A stretch of DNA of 63,323 nt, counting the filler, from Perkinsus chesapeaki ATCC PRA-425 (taxonomy: Eukaryota > Protista > Perkinsozoa): NCBI GenBank assembly GCA_013115145.1. It is 4 parts of 4 records of this genome, joined end to end, with 100 filler letters (N's around TTAATTAATTAA, not from the genome) between each part and the next. Parts side by side here need not be neighbours in the genome. Positions count along the whole stretch, not along the records: positions 50,004 to 61,995 come from JAAPAO010000831.1; positions 62,096 to 63,323 come from JAAPAO010002091.1; 2 more parts are not named here. One strand, given 5' to 3'. Each line of letters opens with the position of its first letter. The first letter of the stretch is position 1. The notes under the pieces were generated by a model. The model saw only the letters and a list, made by a program, of their open reading frames with translations. It was not told the origin of the DNA and searched no databases. Position numbers and translations under genes: made by a program. Of the stretch, positions 57,867 through 63,323 are shown piece after piece.

Positions 57867-59009
57867 ATGACCGGCGTGTTGAACTGGCTACTGCGCCGTT
57901 TGCTTCTGGTTCTCACACTTCTTACCATCCGTCGTGAACGTCAGTCGGTTGCGTCGGGAACGGGGGTCCTGAAAGTAGACATCTCATACATGCATATACT
58001 TGGTTACGGCTACAGTGTGTTTGGGCGACTTGCTATTCGCGGAGAGTATTTCTGGGTCATAGTAGATACCGGGTCGCCCAATATTTTCTTCGTTTGGAAA
58101 GAGTGGTATGAGAGCGACTTCGGGAGTTGCTCCTATTTCCGATTTGGATGCTATACCTGCCCAAAAACTTGCAATCCAAGCGAACATAAGCAAGATTTCA
58201 TCAACTTCGCCGATGGCACGGTTGTATGTGTATTTGATTACAATGACACAATCAGCATTGGCCAGGAAGACGTCCCTAATTTGCACTTCGGGCTGGTTTC
58301 CGGCCAAGATCCTCGGCATCGTCTCAAGAAGCCTTTCAATCTCCTTGGGCTTTCGCCGTACGTGAAAGGAGATTTCAACTCGCTATTAGACCAGCTGATG
58401 AGCTCATCTACCAAACCGATAGCTGCCAAGGTCTTCGGATTGTATCTTGTCGAACGTAAAGACTCAATTTCTGGAAAGCTATTATTAGGCGGAGGTGACC
58501 CAGGAATCTACAAGGGTCCGCTGCGATATGTCAAACTCAATAGCAAAGATGATTACACAGTGACGGTAGCCGCAAAGATTCAGGTAGGTGTTGACCTTCT
58601 GGACTTGGGTATAATCTGTGATGCTCTGTTGGACACTGGAGCAAATTCTATCCGAGTTCCGCAGGCTGAAGGATGCTTCCAGCGGCTCATTAAGGGAATT
58701 CAACAGGAGGCTTCGAGGGCGAGCATTGACGTCCCTTTCACTTGGGATGCGGAAGCTGGTCTTTGGACCTTTCCATGCGCATACCATGCCACTATGCCAC
58801 GGTTGACATTCTGGTTGGGTAGCAAAGGGGATGTCCCGCTTACTCTTACTTACACTAACTATGTTCGTAATATAGGCAACAGCTGTGCCTTAATAATACG
58901 CCAAACAAAGAAGACAAGGTGGACTTTGCCGGGTGAAGCCATTATTGGAAACTATGTCGAGTTCCGACCTGAAGAAGGCCGAGTTGGTATTGCACCACTA
59001 GCTGTCTAG
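57867..59009 (+). CDS. Pepsin-like (A1) aspartyl protease, intronless, putative signal peptide
   Basis: Two catalytic motifs (VIVDTGS, ALLDTGA), LLLGGGDP, C-terminal VEFRPEEGRVGIA and an N-terminal hydrophobic LLRRLLLVLTLLTI segment. Confidence 0.92.
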   Translation: MTGVLNWLLRRLLLVLTLLTIRRERQSVASGTGVLKVDISYMHILGYGYSVFGRLAIRGEYFWVIVDTGSPNIFFVWKEWYESDFGSCSYFRFGCYTCPKTCNPSEHKQDFINFADGTVVCVFDYNDTISIGQEDVPNLHFGLVSGQDPRHRLKKPFNLLGLSPYVKGDFNSLLDQLMSSSTKPIAAKVFGLYLVERKDSISGKLLLGGGDPGIYKGPLRYVKLNSKDDYTVTVAAKIQVGVDLLDLGIICDALLDTGANSIRVPQAEGCFQRLIKGIQQEASRASIDVPFTWDAEAGLWTFPCAYHATMPRLTFWLGSKGDVPLTLTYTNYVRNIGNSCALIIRQTKKTRWTLPGEAIIGNYVEFRPEEGRVGIAPLAV

Positions 59010-60695
59010 GTCACCTATAATCAAGTCGCCTAAGGCAACCTATAATAGACCGTTCTGCACGAAGTTGTACCGTGAGGCTATGTTAAGGTCTGGCTTACTA
59101 ATATTGGATATCAGTGATATTAACCCGCAACTTGTTGATATTTTTCCAATTGTTCTTATTTCATGATTCAACTAAAAATCTGTTGGGAGCTATGCTCAGA
59201 TTACGGAACATATAATGTTCAAAACTCATTGCAAGCTTTGAGAAAGCTTTTGTTCTGACCCCTCTTCGCCTATATCTTGCGTTGTATTCAAGGATCTCTA
59301 GAGGAGAATCTTTGAAGGTGTTTCCTGAGGGAATTCAAGTAACATGCGGTACACAGTGTACCACACGTATACTCCAGTCTGGAGTTTCCAGACGCTGAAC
59401 TCTAATACGGTATAAGTATTACCCCTTATGAACTCTTATTAATAACGCCAGTAACAACGATTGCCATTGAGTGACCTAACTCAAGTACTTACCGACAACT
59501 TGTTGGTTATTGCTAGGCGAAAGCTCCGGGAGTATTTACGGAATATAAGACGAAATTTGAGATGCATTACCACGATCGGAACTTCCCCAAAATATGAAGC
59601 GCATATGAAAATATCATAAATTTGTAACAATATGCGGCATAACAGCCAAGATGATACAAATGTCAACGGGGCTGGCCGCATGAATAGTTCTTGATGAAAT
59701 ACAGGGCGCACCTGGGGGAATTTCAAATTCTGAATTTGATTTTCATCAGAAAGTATTGACATGTAGATCTTGGGTTGTCGCCGTCACCGCGAGGACCCGC
59801 CCATACGGAGACAAATAATAGAATAATGTCGCGCATCGCGCAGGTGGCTCTTTTGGCAGCAAAGGTTCCCATGATGAGAATCCCATTCGATAGCACATTT
59901 CCGCCAGAAATTCTCCGGATGTAGAAGTTTCTCCACACTCTCCCTGCGCAATCTCTCCGAGAATCGCATGGAATGTCGGCAGGCTACGAGACGTGATAGC
60001 CTATCACTGGTAGGAGTGAGCGATACCAGCGCGTCACGCGTGTCTTGATTTCAGTTAAACTAATATCGTCACACAATCAATATACTTATCAGTGTTTGTG
60101 ACGTAATTACTTCTTGTACTACACCATAGAGTGTAAGATGCATACCGCGTCTTACGCGTACAGTAGCTCATGAAATTTTCGTGATTTACGTCATCACCTA
60201 AATTACGTGTAGTGAAATGTGGATAATGCATTTCTCTGTTGTTTTTATTACGCGGGTACATCTTCAATGAAGTGCATTAAACGCACTGAATGCATGTCAG
60301 GTGTTTGCAACAGGTCCTCGTTCTAAGCAATATACTGATTTGTGTAATTCTCTACTACGGTTAAGATCTTCAGAAGATCACCTCCTTGTCTGGTGTCACC
60401 TCTCCATTTTACTCGTCCCCATAGACTATGAGCCATAGTGAACTACTATTAGCAATACTCATTTCTTGAATACTCGTTTAAATGGATTTTCTATTATGGA
60501 GAGCATGCCACAAAACTAACTTGGCCATGTGGAGCCAAACTGGTACGACCAGTCAGGAATTTTCGTTAAACAGATTGGCAAGGAATAGGTAAGGATTGGT
60601 ATGAATGAGCTCTGAAAGAATTCTCATCACATAGCGTCCGAGTTTCCAACTCTGAATCTGTCAAAGATACCATCTCTATCATTGAGGACGATATT

Positions 60696-60724
60696 GAATA
60701 TCCGAGTTATTAACTCGGATATTC
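60696..60724. repeat. Perfect 14-1-14 palindrome GAATATCCGAGTTA-T-TAACTCGGATATTC
   Basis: The arms are exact reverse complements. Confidence 0.9.
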
Positions 60725-61094
60725 CGATAGATGCTGCTCTCTCAGCTGCTTCCTGAGTCAGTTGCGTTGGGATTAATCGCGATTGTTCTACCGCTGAGTA
60801 CTTAAGTGTTGTATTTTAGACCAGATTTGGCGCTATTGTTGGTTTGTAGTTTTCACTGGAAATTTACTAATTTATAATCTCCCGTTGCAACGAAGGTGTC
60901 TGCGCTGTCCACTTCAGAAACACAACGATAAGGCTCGCGTCTCTGAGAAGCATGAGGCTTAAGAAGGGCTAATGCCAGAAAGGCCGAATAATTGTAAATC
61001 ATAATTAGTATCATTGAAGCTCAAGAGTTATGTGCTTGGCGCAAAGATCTTCTAGCACCGAGGCTCCAGCGAGTACATGAATAACTCGAACCGA

Positions 61095-61995
61095 TCAAAA
61101 CTTCCCGCTCATGACGACTGTTGTCACGCTGCGCTGTTCGACGTTCTCAAGTTTAATAGAAGAGTAACGGCCTCCACCAAGATTGAGTTCAACCAAGAAT
61201 TCTGATATGGTCGCATTGTTCTTGTGAGGGTTATCGCACAGAACCTGTAAGCTGTCACGACCACTGTGTTCACCAGACCCTTGAGCAGACGAAGTATTAG
61301 CAGACTTCTTAGCAACGCGACTCGCGGGAGGCATGAGAGATCAACAAAAGACTCTTATTTTGGAGTGGCCCGAAGCGCACAGGGTTCCCGCGGGAATAGC
61401 ATAGCTATCGGTCGCGATCGCCCAGATGGTGGCGCTACAACTATGGGCACAGATACAGACTAATATAGGGTGGAGACTCCACCGTGGAGTAGTATTTAAC
61501 GATAGACAGAGTTAACACAGCTCACCTGAATATAAGCGAGTTACTAAGGACATAACTACTGTGAGACATACTGTGAGAACAATTTCCGCTCCATCTGGAC
61601 TTATTGCTGCCATTGCTTCTATACCAGCAGGAAAGATGCCGTCAGGAAGCCGACCCGGATCGGGTATACCAAGCGAAGTCAGAAGACGATACCCCGGCTT
61701 GAAATACTTGGTGATTTGCCCAAATACATAGTGTGGCGTATCAAGCTGAGAATTAGAAAAGAAGCATTCAACCAAACGCATAAATGGGGCATGTAGAATA
61801 GCCCAACTCACCACGAATGTCTCGCTGTCTTTTACTGCTATCAGGTTGGTATCCTGAAAATACCAGCGGTCCTCATTGCAACGCTAAGCCTTGTTGTGCC
61901 CGTATAAACTACAACTTACCCCGTTGATGTCGTGTGCCCACTAGGCATGACGAGCTATGATGATAAGTTATGTAGGTTTCAGTATATCTGCCTTT
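61095..61995 (-). CDS. 3' part of a GH30 glucosylceramidase-like glycoside hydrolase (5' end lost in the gap)
   Basis: DTNLIAVKDSETFV (cf. DSPIIVDITKDTFY), TPHYVFGQITKYFKPG (QPMFYHLGHFSKFIPEG), IEAMAAISPDGAEIVLT|V (LDAVALMHPDGSAVVVV), terminal EQRSVTTVV. Confidence 0.7.
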
Positions 61996-62095
61996 NNNNN
62001 NNNNNNNNNNNNNNNNNNNNNNNNNNNNNNNNNNNNNNNTTAATTAATTAANNNNNNNNNNNNNNNNNNNNNNNNNNNNNNNNNNNNNNNNNNNN
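61996..62095. other. Assembly gap with TTAATTAATTAA spacer
   Basis: 44 N + 12 nt + 44 N. Confidence 0.97.
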
Positions 62096-62117
62096 ATTGT
62101 TTGTACTTAATCCAATT

Positions 62118-63323
62118 ATGCCCAATCCAGTTGTTGAGTCAACCAGTGCGAGTGCATCTGCTAATATGGTGGAGAACCCGCTGGCTGAGCTCCTCGAGCT
62201 CCTTGAGATCTCTGAACCTTCTCTTTTACTATGGTTATCCGCCGCAGAGCTGGAGACTGCTATGGAAGACAAGCCCCTTAGCAAGAAGGTCCAACTACGA
62301 CGTACCTTCTTCACTTACATTGATGCCCGAAATACCAGTAACCAAGCCTCACACCATCATCATCGAGGAACAACCAACAACCAGCAGACGGCGAGCCCAA
62401 GTAATACCACTCCTTCAGTTGTTATCTGCCCTCAAGGATCATCACAAGCCCCTCCTAGCACTGGTCAACACCGCCCCTTTGACAACGACATCACCAACGT
62501 GGCCTATTGGTGTGACATGACCAACAACTACGAGCACGAGAAATCCCTCGACAGCACGAAAGCAATCAGTGCTGTTGCCCATCTGAAATGTCCCGACAAC
62601 GAGCCGTACAAGGGAAACTCTGACGCTAGAAGTATCAACTACTTCTTAAGTATCATTCGCTGCGAGGCCAAGCAGACAGCTTCGGGACCCAGACTGTGTT
62701 TCGTGTATCTATCTAACTGCCTCAACCAATCGGTGAAGCGCAAACTACAGGTCTACCTCGAGAACAACATGGATCCCTTACTCTACCTCAAGGACTATAT
62801 ACTCACACTATCACTATCATTATGCTACCTGCAACAGAAATACTCTCTATCAAACTCTCACTCCGAGGTTTTGCGGTACTTCACGGAAGTTGCCATGGAC
62901 GACGGAGACAACGACATTTATGGCTATCTCGATCGCATTGAGTCCGCTGTTACTATGTGCGAAAGCGTCGGCCTTCACCTGCAGCCAAGCCAGATCAACG
63001 AACACTACCGTGAAGGCCTCAATTCTACTCTGAAGTGCACAGCATCTCAGAACTACTCTGCTATTGAAGACATTCAGCAGCTCACTCAGTCGCTAAGGAG
63101 CCATATACGCTGCAACCCCAACATCTACAACCCCAACAAGACTACCAACATCCACAATAACCCTACTCGTGCAACTACAGCTACTGCACCACCTCAAGCA
63201 TCTAAGCCTAAGGTACAACGAGTTGAAGACCCTGCACTTGTCAAGCTCTGCCGAGAACAAGGAGTCTGTCTTGCGTGGACTGCCCGCAAGCAATGTCGCT
63301 ATGCTGAGAACTGCAAATACAAA
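62118..63323 (+). mobile_element. Retrotransposon Gag-like ORF (402 codons, open at the window end)
   Basis: Stop-free intronless frame from ATG 62118 (missing from the ORF track because it has no stop). Capsid-like segments YKGNSDARSINYFL and DIYGYLDRIESAV...QINEHYREGLNSTLK; ends CLAWTARKQCRYAENCKYK (C-x8-C-x5-C). Confidence 0.7.

Overview
Eukaryotic scaffold from a perkinsid alveolate, most likely Perkinsus (P. marinus-like). Evidence: dense genes with short GT-AG introns and a 19/22-nt exact match to the Perkinsus long spliced leader at 33222-33240. Three 100-nt assembly gaps carry an artificial TTAATTAATTAA spacer. All gene models were hand-spliced and protein calls rest on remembered family motifs, not database searches. 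Gene content: three tandem intronless PHT1/PHO84-type phosphate transporters, an atypical protein kinase, NF-YB-like factor, two related MGC-start (probably acylated) proteins, AAGAB/p34, Rab GGTase alpha, pantothenate synthetase, ARMC9, probable clathrin light chain, RBM25/Snu71, PheRS beta, a calmodulin-like protein, two tandem P450s, TSG101/Vps23, an A1 aspartyl protease, the 3' end of a GH30 glucosylceramidase and a Gag-like ORF. The most unusual signals lie inside introns of housekeeping genes: a spliced-leader relic in RBM25, a tRNA 3'-half forming most of a 51-nt intron of PheRS beta, and an oxidoreductase fragment nested in TSG101. Other highlights are a patchwork gene-conversion pattern between the P450s, a 56-bp mariner-type mini-element and a Gag ending in a CCCH-type finger.
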